DNA of 64,000 nt from Sedimentisphaerales bacterium. GTDB lineage: Bacteria; Planctomycetota; Phycisphaerae; Sedimentisphaerales; Anaerobacaceae. This document shows positions 1 to 7,791 of this stretch, piece by piece. The stretch covers positions 384,001 to 448,000 of the forward strand of contig JAXGYC010000008.1 of NCBI GenBank assembly GCA_040772485.1, given 5' to 3'. The position numbers were made by a program, and so were the translations under genes. Below the pieces are notes generated by a model, which was given only the letters and a program-made list of their open reading frames with translations, ran no database searches and was not told where the DNA came from. The stretch's first letter is position 1. Each line of letters opens with the position of its first letter.

Positions 1-1066
1 GCCGTTGGAAGAACCGGATGTCGGCCTCGATCTCCCTGAGCTTGTCGCGAAAGACTCCGAACACATCCGCGTGTTCTACGAGCGGTCTTCCAGCCGCAGC
101 GCGGGTGCTCAGACTGGGCTCGTAAGAGTAGTTGGAGAAGCCGACCATAACGGCCCCCAGAGCTACCTTCAGGGCTTTCTTGACGAATGCGTTCTTCTGT
201 TCGCTGATGAAGTCCTGAAGCAGGAGAACATCGCGCTCCACCGCCGGACTGAAGAATGGCACTCTGCTCTTGAAGCCACTCGGGGGCTTCGATTCCGGCT
301 GCCTTTCTCTGTCCGGTCCCCCGTGCGCAAGGCTCTCAAGGCGGCTCACAACCTCGGTGAGCGGTTTCACGCTGTGCCGAATGCAGGACACCTTCAGGTC
401 GGACGCCAGAACGGCATAGGGATTGATGTCAAATCCGATAACGTTGCAGCCTCGCATCAAGCCTTCGACCAGCGTGGTGCCAACTCCGGCAAAGGGGTCA
501 AGGACGGTGACCAAACTTGGATCGCCACGGACCGCACTGTGGAACACTTCTTCCACAAAGGCCCCGGAGAACCCGGCGATCCATGGGACCCAGCGATGCA
601 AAGGTTCGTTTCGATTCTTGATGAAGGCGGTATCACCAAAACCTGACTTGCCCTCGCCGGCCCCGTTCGCAGCGCCCGCCTGGGTCGGTTTGAGATCGGA
701 GCACCCTATGGTCCTACCCCCTGACGGATAGACTCTGTAGCGGAACCGGTCGAGGCGTTCGATGGCAACGATGCTTCCCTCGTGTAGGTCGTGATGCTGG
801 AAGAATCGAGCGACCCAGGCCCGTTTTCGGAAGAAGCTTCTCGGGCTGCCGTTGCCGCTGCTTCGAGCAATATCGGTTTGCACGGGCTCCGCCAGCCCGT
901 CCACGATCAGCGTAAGCGGTTGGCCGGTCCCCTTTTGCGCGCTGGATGCCCCAAAGCATTCCTCCGGGAAGAAGTCGTGGTAGCCGGTGATGTAGAGGTG
1001 GTGGTTCCGGAGGTTGCCGCCGGTAAGCGCGATAAGTCTTTTACTGTTGCCGGATTCAACACTCAA
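1..1066 (-). CDS. Site-specific DNA methyltransferase (N4-C/N6-A type) with an extra N-terminal domain; 3' end runs off the window
   Basis: Manual translation from TTG at 1066 (GAAGGGA upstream) is open to the window edge: MSVESGNSKRLIALTGGNLRNHHLYITG...NRNEPLHRWVPWIAGFS...VLDPFAGVGTTLVEG...GFDINPYA. DPFxGxGTT is SAM-binding motif I. Not in the ORF track because it is truncated. Confidence 0.85.
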   Translation of the reverse strand, partial: MSVESGNSKRLIALTGGNLRNHHLYITGYHDFFPEECFGASSAQKGTGQPLTLIVDGLAEPVQTDIARSSGNGSPRSFFRKRAWVARFFQHHDLHEGSIVAIERLDRFRYRVYPSGGRTIGCSDLKPTQAGAANGAGEGKSGFGDTAFIKNRNEPLHRWVPWIAGFSGAFVEEVFHSAVRGDPSLVTVLDPFAGVGTTLVEGLMRGCNVIGFDINPYAVLASDLKVSCIRHSVKPLTEVVSRLESLAHGGPDRERQPESKPPSGFKSRVPFFSPAVERDVLLLQDFISEQKNAFVKKALKVALGAVMVGFSNYSYEPSLSTRAAAGRPLVEHADVFGVFRDKLREIEADIRFFQR

Positions 1067-1275
1067 TCGTGAGTCCCTTCACCCGAAATTGGCTTTGCAG
1101 AGATTATATCCGATCCCGGGACGAATTCAACGCGCAATGGACCACCGCACAGCGGAACGGGCGGAGCATCGATACTCGTGAACGAAACTCAGGACGAACA
1201 CGTCGCAAGACAGGCCCGACAGGACCTCATATGCGAATATACCCTACCTGTTTATAGCTGTCTTGGGGCGACAGA

Positions 1276-1412
1276 TTTCGTACCAAACACGCAACACCCA
1301 AACGACAAAACGCGCGTGACATGCAGATTTTTTTTATTCGTTGGTCGGGCGGGACTTACGGCGGTCGCGGGCTCGAAAACGGGCGATTTTTTCGTACCAA
1401 ACGTGCAACACC
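1276..1412. repeat. 23-bp direct repeat pair upstream of the HNH gene
   Basis: TTTCGTACCAAACACGCAACACC (1276-1298) and TTTCGTACCAAACGTGCAACACC (1390-1412), 21/23 identical. Confidence 0.8.
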
Positions 1413-1499
1413 GCCCAATTGTAGAGGCGGGCCTCAGTCGCCGGCCCGCCTGGACGTGATGAGACTTTTGACTGGCGGCAATGCATGAAAGGAAGCGAC

Positions 1500-2276
1500 A
1501 TGGCGGACAGCACGAAACCGCGAACGCGACGCCAGCGACAGAGGCGAGACGAAAGGCCGCAATGCAGGGGTAAGTGCGCAGACTGCGTGTACCTGCTGGA
1601 GCCGAAGCGCCTGGTGGACTTCCACGAGGGGCCGGGCGGGCCGTTGATCCTGCCCATCTGCGCGCACCACGCCGAAAGCCCCGGCGAGCTGCGCGAGGTG
1701 CACCCGGCCCAGTGCTGCGCCAACTTCCGCGCGAGGCGCAAGCCGCCCGAGCGGGTCGAAGTCCAGCAGGACGAGCAGAGCGATGCGCGCTTCATCCCGC
1801 TGACGCTGCGAATGGTGGCGATCATCGACGCCGCCGACTACGAATGGCTCAGTCAGTACCGATGGTTCGCCAAGGGCATGGACGGCAAGTACTACGCCGG
1901 ACGCGCTGAACGGGGCGAGATGATCATGATGCACCGGGAGATCATGAAGCCACCGCCCGGCATGGTGGTCGATCACATCGACGGCAACTCCCTCAACAAC
2001 CGGCGCAGCAACCTGCGGATCTGCACGCCGGGACAGAACAATCACAACCGGCAATTCAAGGGCAACTGGTCGGGCTTCGCAGGGGTCTACCCCTATGGCA
2101 AGCGATGGAAGGCCCTTATCGCGCACAAAGGCGAGCAGATCATGATCGGTGCCTTCGACGATAAGGTCGAGGCGGCCCATGCCCGCGATCGCAAGGCCCG
2201 CGAACTGTACGGCGAGTTCGCCTGCCTGAACTTCCCGGAAGACAAATCAGGAATCAAAGAGCAAACAGCAGAATGA
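1500..2276 (+). CDS. HNH endonuclease with C-terminal AP2 DNA-binding domain and Cys/His-rich N-terminus
   Basis: MHREIM..PPGMVVDHIDGNSLNNRRSNLR (HNH) followed by SGFAGVY..GKRWKA.I..IGAFDDKVEAAHARDRKA..LYGEFACLNFP (AP2); N-terminal CRGKCADC..PICAHH..CCANF; GGAAG before ATG 1500. Confidence 0.88.
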   Translation: MADSTKPRTRRQRQRRDERPQCRGKCADCVYLLEPKRLVDFHEGPGGPLILPICAHHAESPGELREVHPAQCCANFRARRKPPERVEVQQDEQSDARFIPLTLRMVAIIDAADYEWLSQYRWFAKGMDGKYYAGRAERGEMIMMHREIMKPPPGMVVDHIDGNSLNNRRSNLRICTPGQNNHNRQFKGNWSGFAGVYPYGKRWKALIAHKGEQIMIGAFDDKVEAAHARDRKARELYGEFACLNFPEDKSGIKEQTAE

Positions 2277-2336
2277 CAGAGCAAAGGGCAAACAGGCTGG
2301 AGGCGGTAGGCTGTAGACCGCAGGGACACATGCCAA

Positions 2337-2668
2337 CGGGTGGCAGCCTCAAGCCGAAGTGTAACGGAGGCTTGGGGATGGCGAGCGAGGGACGCTTGCG
2401 TTTGACACAGGACATGGGCGCGCAACGTCTCTGGCCAGATGCTTCGACTTCGCTCAGCATGACAAAAGAGGGAAGGAGCGCTCGAGGTGACAAAGGGGGC
2501 AGTGCCCCGCTCGGGGTGACAACGAAGGAAGACATTGCGAGGCTTTACCCCAATACGCAATACGCACGACGAATGCGCGGGTGGCAGCCTCAAGCGAAGC
2601 TTGGGGACGGCGAGCGACGCAATACGCACGACGCAACCCGCATAACGCACGACGAGCGACGAGCGACG
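2337..2668. repeat. Mosaic of REP-like palindromes and heptamer tandem repeats
   Basis: CGGGTGGCAGCCTCAAGC..GCTTGGGGAYGGCGAGCGA twice (2337-2388, 2578-2617); CGCTCRRSRTGACAAM three times (2451, 2479, 2508); AATACGC/ACGACGC/ACGAGCG heptamers. Confidence 0.75.
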
Positions 2669-2719
2669 CGCTCCGCTTTTTGCTGTCGAAAACGGGCTTT
2701 CGGGCTTAGAATGGCGGGC

Positions 2720-3775
2720 ATGATGGACAGGGCGGTTTACCGGATTATCGATGCGAATTTCAACCGGGCCCGCGAGGCGTTGCGGGTGATGGAGGAGTAC
2801 TGCCGGTTCGCGGTCAACAACGGCACGCTGAGCGGCCGGGCCAAGCAACTGCGGCACGAGCTTTGTGCGGCCATCGGACAACTGGAGCTGGGCAAGCTGC
2901 TGGCAGGACGCGACACGCTGGGCGACGTCGGCGTCGGACAGCAGGTGGAGAACCAGCTCCAGCGCGCCACGGCGGCCGAGGCGTTCACTGCGGGCGCCCG
3001 GCGTCTGACCGAGGCGCTGCGGGCGCTGGCCGAGATGGCGCAGGCCGAGAGCAAGCCGGTCGCGACGGCCATTGAGCGGCTTCGCTACCAAGCGTACACG
3101 CTGGAGAAGGACGTGGTGCTGTTCGCACAGCCGGTGGAGAAGTTCAATCGGGTACGGCTGTATGCGATTGTCACGAGCGACCTGCCGACCGAGATCCTCT
3201 CGCTGGCCAGCCGCTGCGCCGCCGGCGGGGCAGACTGCATCCAGTTGCGGGCCAAGGACATGCCCGACGAGCGGCTGTTCGCGGTGGCGGTCGAGTTCGT
3301 GGACATCTGCCGGGACTTCGGGGCGTTGAGCATCATCAACGACCGCGTCGACATCGCCTGCGCCGCGGGCGCCGACGGCGTACACCTGGGCCAGGGCGAT
3401 CTGCCGGTGGAGCAGGCCCGGCGGCTGCAACTGAGCCCGCTGATCATCGGCAAGAGCACGCACGACCAGAACGAGCTCGAACGGGCGGTCGACTCGCTGC
3501 CGAGCTATGTGAGTCTGGGTCCGGCCTTCCCGACGACGACGAAGCCGAAGATCGAGATCGCGGGGCTGGACTACATCCAACACGGGCTGGAACGGCTCGC
3601 CGAGACGGGCGTCAGCCACGTCGCCATCGGCGGGATCACGCACGAGAACGTCGAGCAGGTGCTCCGAGCCGGGGCGCAGCGCGTTGCCGTCGGCGCCGAC
3701 GTGACCGAGGCGCCGAACCCGGGCGATGCGTGCCGCCGGCTCAAGGACAAGATCGCTGAGTCTCTGGCAGAGTGA
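2720..3775 (+). CDS. thiE: Thiamine-phosphate synthase with N-terminal ThiD2 domain
   Basis: RIIDANFNRAREALRVMEEY (ThiD2) followed by IQLRAK, IINDRVDIA, GVHLGQGD, GKSTH, AIGGI. The long ORF from 2273 reads through intergenic repeats; true start is near 2711-2723. Confidence 0.93.
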   Translation: MMDRAVYRIIDANFNRAREALRVMEEYCRFAVNNGTLSGRAKQLRHELCAAIGQLELGKLLAGRDTLGDVGVGQQVENQLQRATAAEAFTAGARRLTEALRALAEMAQAESKPVATAIERLRYQAYTLEKDVVLFAQPVEKFNRVRLYAIVTSDLPTEILSLASRCAAGGADCIQLRAKDMPDERLFAVAVEFVDICRDFGALSIINDRVDIACAAGADGVHLGQGDLPVEQARRLQLSPLIIGKSTHDQNELERAVDSLPSYVSLGPAFPTTTKPKIEIAGLDYIQHGLERLAETGVSHVAIGGITHENVEQVLRAGAQRVAVGADVTEAPNPGDACRRLKDKIAESLAE

Positions 3776-3803
3776 TTTCCAACAGCGAAGGTGAGGTGAG
3801 CAG

Positions 3804-5411
3804 ATGATTGAAGCGAGATCCATCCGATGTCTCATCGCGGCGGCTCTTCTGATCGGCGGCTGGTCTGCCGTCGCAAGCGCCGAGGACCTCTGGGAACTGG
3901 CCAACCGGAACAAGGACGTGCTGCGGATCGCGACGCTGTTCACCGCGCAGGACGTGCGCGACAAGCTCTCGACGGACGAGGGGATCGACAGCGCGATGGA
4001 CTGGTGCCGCAAGACGGGCGTGACGCACGCGTTCATCGAGTCGTTTCGCGACGGCTACACCGCCGAACGCAAAACGCTCGAGCACGCGCGGGACCGTTTT
4101 GTCGAAAGCGGCTTCGACGTCTCCGGCTGTGTCACGCCGACCGGCTTCGGCAAGACCTCCACGGGCTGGCGCGTCGTCTCGTGCTACACGAACGCGGACA
4201 CGCAGCAGCGGATTCACGAGATCTTCGAGTACGCCGCGTCGATCTTCGACGAGATCATGATCGACGACTTTCTCTTCACCGACTGCGAGTGCGAGGAATG
4301 CCAGGCCGCTCGCGGCACGCAGGCGTGGGACGAGTACCGCTGCGACCTGATGGTCCGCGTCAGCCGCGACCGCATCCTCGCCCCCGCCCGCGCCGTCAAC
4401 CCCAACGTCAAAGTCATCCTCAAGCTCCCACAATGGTACAGCGCGTTCCATGAGCGGGGGTACGAGGTGGTGCGGCAGACGGCAGATTACGACCGGATCT
4501 GGGTGGGGACGGAGACGCGGGACTACGACGACCCGCAGTGGGGCGGCAAGGTCCAATACGAGGCGTACTTCATCATGCGGTGGCTGGGCGAGATCGGCGG
4601 GGCCAAGTGCGGCGGCGGCTGGTTCGACCCGTACGGCACGCACGAGGACACCTACGTCGAGCAGGCCCGCCAGACCGTGCTGGCCGACGCGAAGGAGATG
4701 CTGCTGTTCTGCTACGGCTCGCTGCTGGGCAACACCGGCCCGGCCAACGTCGCACGGCTGCGCACCGAAATCCCGCACCTGTTCGAACTGGCCTCGCTGG
4801 TGCGCGGCAAGCCCCTGCGAGGGATCGCGGCGCCCAAACCGCCCAACAGCAAGCCACGAGGCGAAGCCTACGTCTACGACTTCGTCGGCATGCTCGGCCT
4901 GCCCCTGGCGCCCACCGCGACGATCCGTGACGACGCGAAAGCCGCCTTCCTGCCCATCCAGGCGATGAAGGACCCGCAGCTCTGGCCCAAGCTGCGCCGC
5001 CTGCTCGATTCCGGCGCGCCCGTGCTCGTCACCGACGGCCTGGCCGAGCGATTCACCGCGAGCCAATCCTACGACAATCTGCTCACGCTCAAGATCGGCG
5101 GCGACCCCAAAAGCCTGCTGCAACTGTCGCGCGAGGAACTGGCGCCGATCCGCGACAAGCTGCTGGCGCCCTTCGGGATCAGGTTCGACGCGCCGAATAA
5201 GGTGGCCCTGTACCTGATCGGCGACCGCTGCGTCGTGATCGAGAACTTCAACGACCAGTCGATCGACGCGACGCTGCAATTCGCTCAGCCCATCGACGCC
5301 AAGGCCGCCGTGGTCCTGCCGCTCGACGCCGACGTGAATTTCTCGTGCGACGCCGGCAAGATCGTATTCACCGCGATCGACCCGCGCACCCTCGTCGCGC
5401 TGACCTATTAG
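3804..5411 (+). CDS. Secreted glycoside-hydrolase-like protein (TIM barrel, GH42/GHL-like)
   Basis: Signal peptide ending ASA; EIMIDDF followed by CxCxxC; GGWFDPYG; GAGG RBS. Confidence 0.6.
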   Translation: MIEARSIRCLIAAALLIGGWSAVASAEDLWELANRNKDVLRIATLFTAQDVRDKLSTDEGIDSAMDWCRKTGVTHAFIESFRDGYTAERKTLEHARDRFVESGFDVSGCVTPTGFGKTSTGWRVVSCYTNADTQQRIHEIFEYAASIFDEIMIDDFLFTDCECEECQAARGTQAWDEYRCDLMVRVSRDRILAPARAVNPNVKVILKLPQWYSAFHERGYEVVRQTADYDRIWVGTETRDYDDPQWGGKVQYEAYFIMRWLGEIGGAKCGGGWFDPYGTHEDTYVEQARQTVLADAKEMLLFCYGSLLGNTGPANVARLRTEIPHLFELASLVRGKPLRGIAAPKPPNSKPRGEAYVYDFVGMLGLPLAPTATIRDDAKAAFLPIQAMKDPQLWPKLRRLLDSGAPVLVTDGLAERFTASQSYDNLLTLKIGGDPKSLLQLSREELAPIRDKLLAPFGIRFDAPNKVALYLIGDRCVVIENFNDQSIDATLQFAQPIDAKAAVVLPLDADVNFSCDAGKIVFTAIDPRTLVALTY

Positions 5412-5528
5412 AACGACTGAACCCGGGACTTCCGGCCGCAGTACCTTCTCGACGTGGGCCGCAGGCCTTCGTGCCCGCTCGGGCGGGCCGTGCGGCAACG
5501 GACGTGTTCATTGCACAAGGGAGAAATC

Positions 5529-5786
5529 ATGAACGCAAGGCAGATCCTTTTCTTCGACTCGATGCTAACCCCGAAGATCATCAACTTCGTGTACTGGCTG
5601 GCGTTGCTCGGCGTAGTGGTCTCCGGCCTGGCCTCCATGTTCGCCGGCGGCCTGACCTTCGCCACGTTCCTGATGGGCCTGTTCATCATCGTCGGCGGCG
5701 CCGTCGCCGCCCGAATCTGGTGCGAGTTGCTCATCGTCCTGTTCAAGATCCACGAGAACATCCACAGGCTCGCCGAGAAGGCCTGA
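5529..5786 (+). CDS. DUF4282 family small membrane protein
   Basis: FFDSMLTPKIINFVYWL...RIWCELLIVLFKIHENI; GGAGA RBS. Confidence 0.85.
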   Translation: MNARQILFFDSMLTPKIINFVYWLALLGVVVSGLASMFAGGLTFATFLMGLFIIVGGAVAARIWCELLIVLFKIHENIHRLAEKA

Positions 5787-5915
5787 GACGGATATCGATG
5801 GCAGGGTAGTCTTTGCGCATGGCGAACGGGGCGCCCGGCCTAGCGAGTCTGGCGGTGTCGCGACGTCGTGTTCTGCGAGGGTGGTGCTGTTGCCGGACGT
5901 TGGGAGAGACAAGAC

Positions 5916-6587
5916 ATGAAATACAGGAGTATCGTGTGCGGCGTGGTTTACGTGCTCTGCCTTCTGGCAGACCCCGTCATCCGATATACCGGCGGTCGCG
6001 CGTGTGTGCCCTTGTGGGTGCCACCTCTCTTGCCGGCCCAGGTTGTACCTGATGTGATCGGGTTCGTGGCTGCTGCTTTCCTCTTGGGCGCGGTTGTCCG
6101 GTCGCTCATCGCGCGCACAGACCGGCGCTGGACGCTCGGCGTACTTGCGGTCGTGATCGCAGCGACAGGGGCTTTGTGGTTCAGCATTCCGCGTTGGCCC
6201 GTATTCCTTTACGGCCTCCGGGACCGCTTCGTCAGCAAGGTCGGGTACACGCAGATGCGACACTTTGCTGAGGAGATGTCTCAGAACCACCCTCTGGTGA
6301 ACGCCGAGGGAATTCTGGCTCGCCCGGAGGAACGCAAGGCTGCGTCGCGCGAACAGACCGAGCAATGGAACGATCTGGTCTCGCGGTATCCCTTCCTCAC
6401 GTGGAACGACGGACCGGGCCATGTTATCGCGCGCGGCGGCCTGGTCGAGCTGACGTGGGGCTCGCCCCTGGTGGGCCATTGGGGATTCCAGGTAGCGCCC
6501 GGCGGCGAAGTCACCGACCTCGATCCGGAACGCGCCTGGTTCCTGCGCGTCGCCAAGGACCTCCAGTTCGTCAACTACTTCGACTGA
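5916..6587 (+). CDS. Hypothetical membrane protein (about 3 N-terminal TM helices plus soluble domain)
   Basis: GGAGAG RBS, hydrophobic N-terminal segments, open 223-codon frame. Confidence 0.7.
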   Translation: MKYRSIVCGVVYVLCLLADPVIRYTGGRACVPLWVPPLLPAQVVPDVIGFVAAAFLLGAVVRSLIARTDRRWTLGVLAVVIAATGALWFSIPRWPVFLYGLRDRFVSKVGYTQMRHFAEEMSQNHPLVNAEGILARPEERKAASREQTEQWNDLVSRYPFLTWNDGPGHVIARGGLVELTWGSPLVGHWGFQVAPGGEVTDLDPERAWFLRVAKDLQFVNYFD

Positions 6588-6955
6588 ACCGCGCGCACGA
6601 CCAGTCCACCTGCGATTCGCACGTAAGGGTCGCGGCACGTGACGGCTCCAGGTTCGCTCGACAAGTCGCACGGGATAGGTCCATAGCCGGAACGTCGTCT
6701 CAGCAGCGGAAGGCAGAGGGCTCCCCAAACACAAGAATGCGTCGAAACACACGAATCTTGACGGAACAGAATGAGCGCCCTGCGCATCTGGCCGGTTGTG
6801 TCAGCGGGTGCGTCCGGCCGGGTCGACCCTGTCGATCCTGATATACATCGGGACGGAAGCGATCCGGGCGCCGGACGAATGAGACGAGACGGACACTGGA
6901 GCGGAGACCGAAGATGACAGACGAAGAAGGCGGGACACAAGAGAACCGCAAGCCG

Positions 6956-7438
6956 ATGAAGCGAAAGAAGAAATGGCCCGTCGCGCTGGCGGTGGTATTT
7001 CTTGCCGTCGTGATATTTCTCGTAGTCTTGCCTTTTCCTCTATGCCGGGACATGGGCTTCGTCTGCGAGCACACCGCGTCGCGCAAAGGCTATCGAAGGT
7101 GGTTCACGGGTCTGCGGACCAGTCAGTGGTATAGCGCCAGCCGGCTCGAGGAATTCATGCTTGAGAAGCACCCGCAGGATTTGACGCACCGCTGGGTCAG
7201 TTTCATGGGGACCGGAAGGAACCTCTTCGGTGGGGCCGGTTCCTTCTTACACGGAAAGCCTGACGAGACCTTGTTCGTGTTTCGCAAGCAATTCGACGAC
7301 CACGTGGACAGTCTCGACGATGCAGGCAAGCTGGAGCTTTTCCGCGTCCTGGCTTCAGGCCAGGACGACCAGATCGAAGCCCACCTGGCCCCGGTCCGCG
7401 AAAGACCTTTCGAACCGTTCCGAGACCCGCAGCCTTAG
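6956..7438 (+). CDS. Hypothetical membrane-anchored protein
   Basis: MKRKKKW followed by a hydrophobic helix; alternative start at 6914. Confidence 0.65.
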   Translation: MKRKKKWPVALAVVFLAVVIFLVVLPFPLCRDMGFVCEHTASRKGYRRWFTGLRTSQWYSASRLEEFMLEKHPQDLTHRWVSFMGTGRNLFGGAGSFLHGKPDETLFVFRKQFDDHVDSLDDAGKLELFRVLASGQDDQIEAHLAPVRERPFEPFRDPQP

Positions 7439-7560
7439 GAAGGATTCTGATCGACATCCCCCATGCGACCAGGACGATCGTGACATTCGCATGGAGGCTG
7501 CCACCGTGATCTTGTTGGCTAAGAATCTGCCCGGTTCTTCGCGGTCAACCGTTTCCGAGG

Positions 7561-7700
7561 GACGCGACTACCCGTTTGCGGCGGGAGTGGAAGGGACCCG
7601 TTTGTAGTGTGCCCGTGAGGGCATACCAAGAGGATAATCCGCCAAAGGCGGATCACTACGAACCAGACTCCGACCCCAAGCCAAAACGGGTAATCGCGTC
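7561..7700. repeat. Nested inverted-repeat (REP/MITE-like) element
   Basis: Outer IR GACGCGACTACCCGTTTG / CAAAACGGGTAATCGCGTC; inner element 7600-7663 bounded by GTTTGTAGTG / CACTACGAAC. Confidence 0.75.
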
Positions 7701-7791
7701 TTTCCGAGGGTGCTGAAAAGCGTATAATCGGCCTGCCGGTTGGAGTGCTCCTGTATTGAGTCGGCAGTGCCCGAAGATTGCGAGGGGCGTT

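Noticed and set aside
5..1072. Plus-strand ORFs 5-646, 423-731 and 791-1072
   Set aside because: Antisense shadows of the minus-strand methyltransferase, which has clear motifs
2451..2523. Possible mini-CRISPR array
   Set aside because: Only three degenerate 16-bp units with 12-13-bp spacers, and no cas genes; fits REP fragments better
2273..2719. 150-aa N-terminal extension of ThiE
   Set aside because: It is translated intergenic repeat DNA; family similarity begins at MDRAVYRIIDAN
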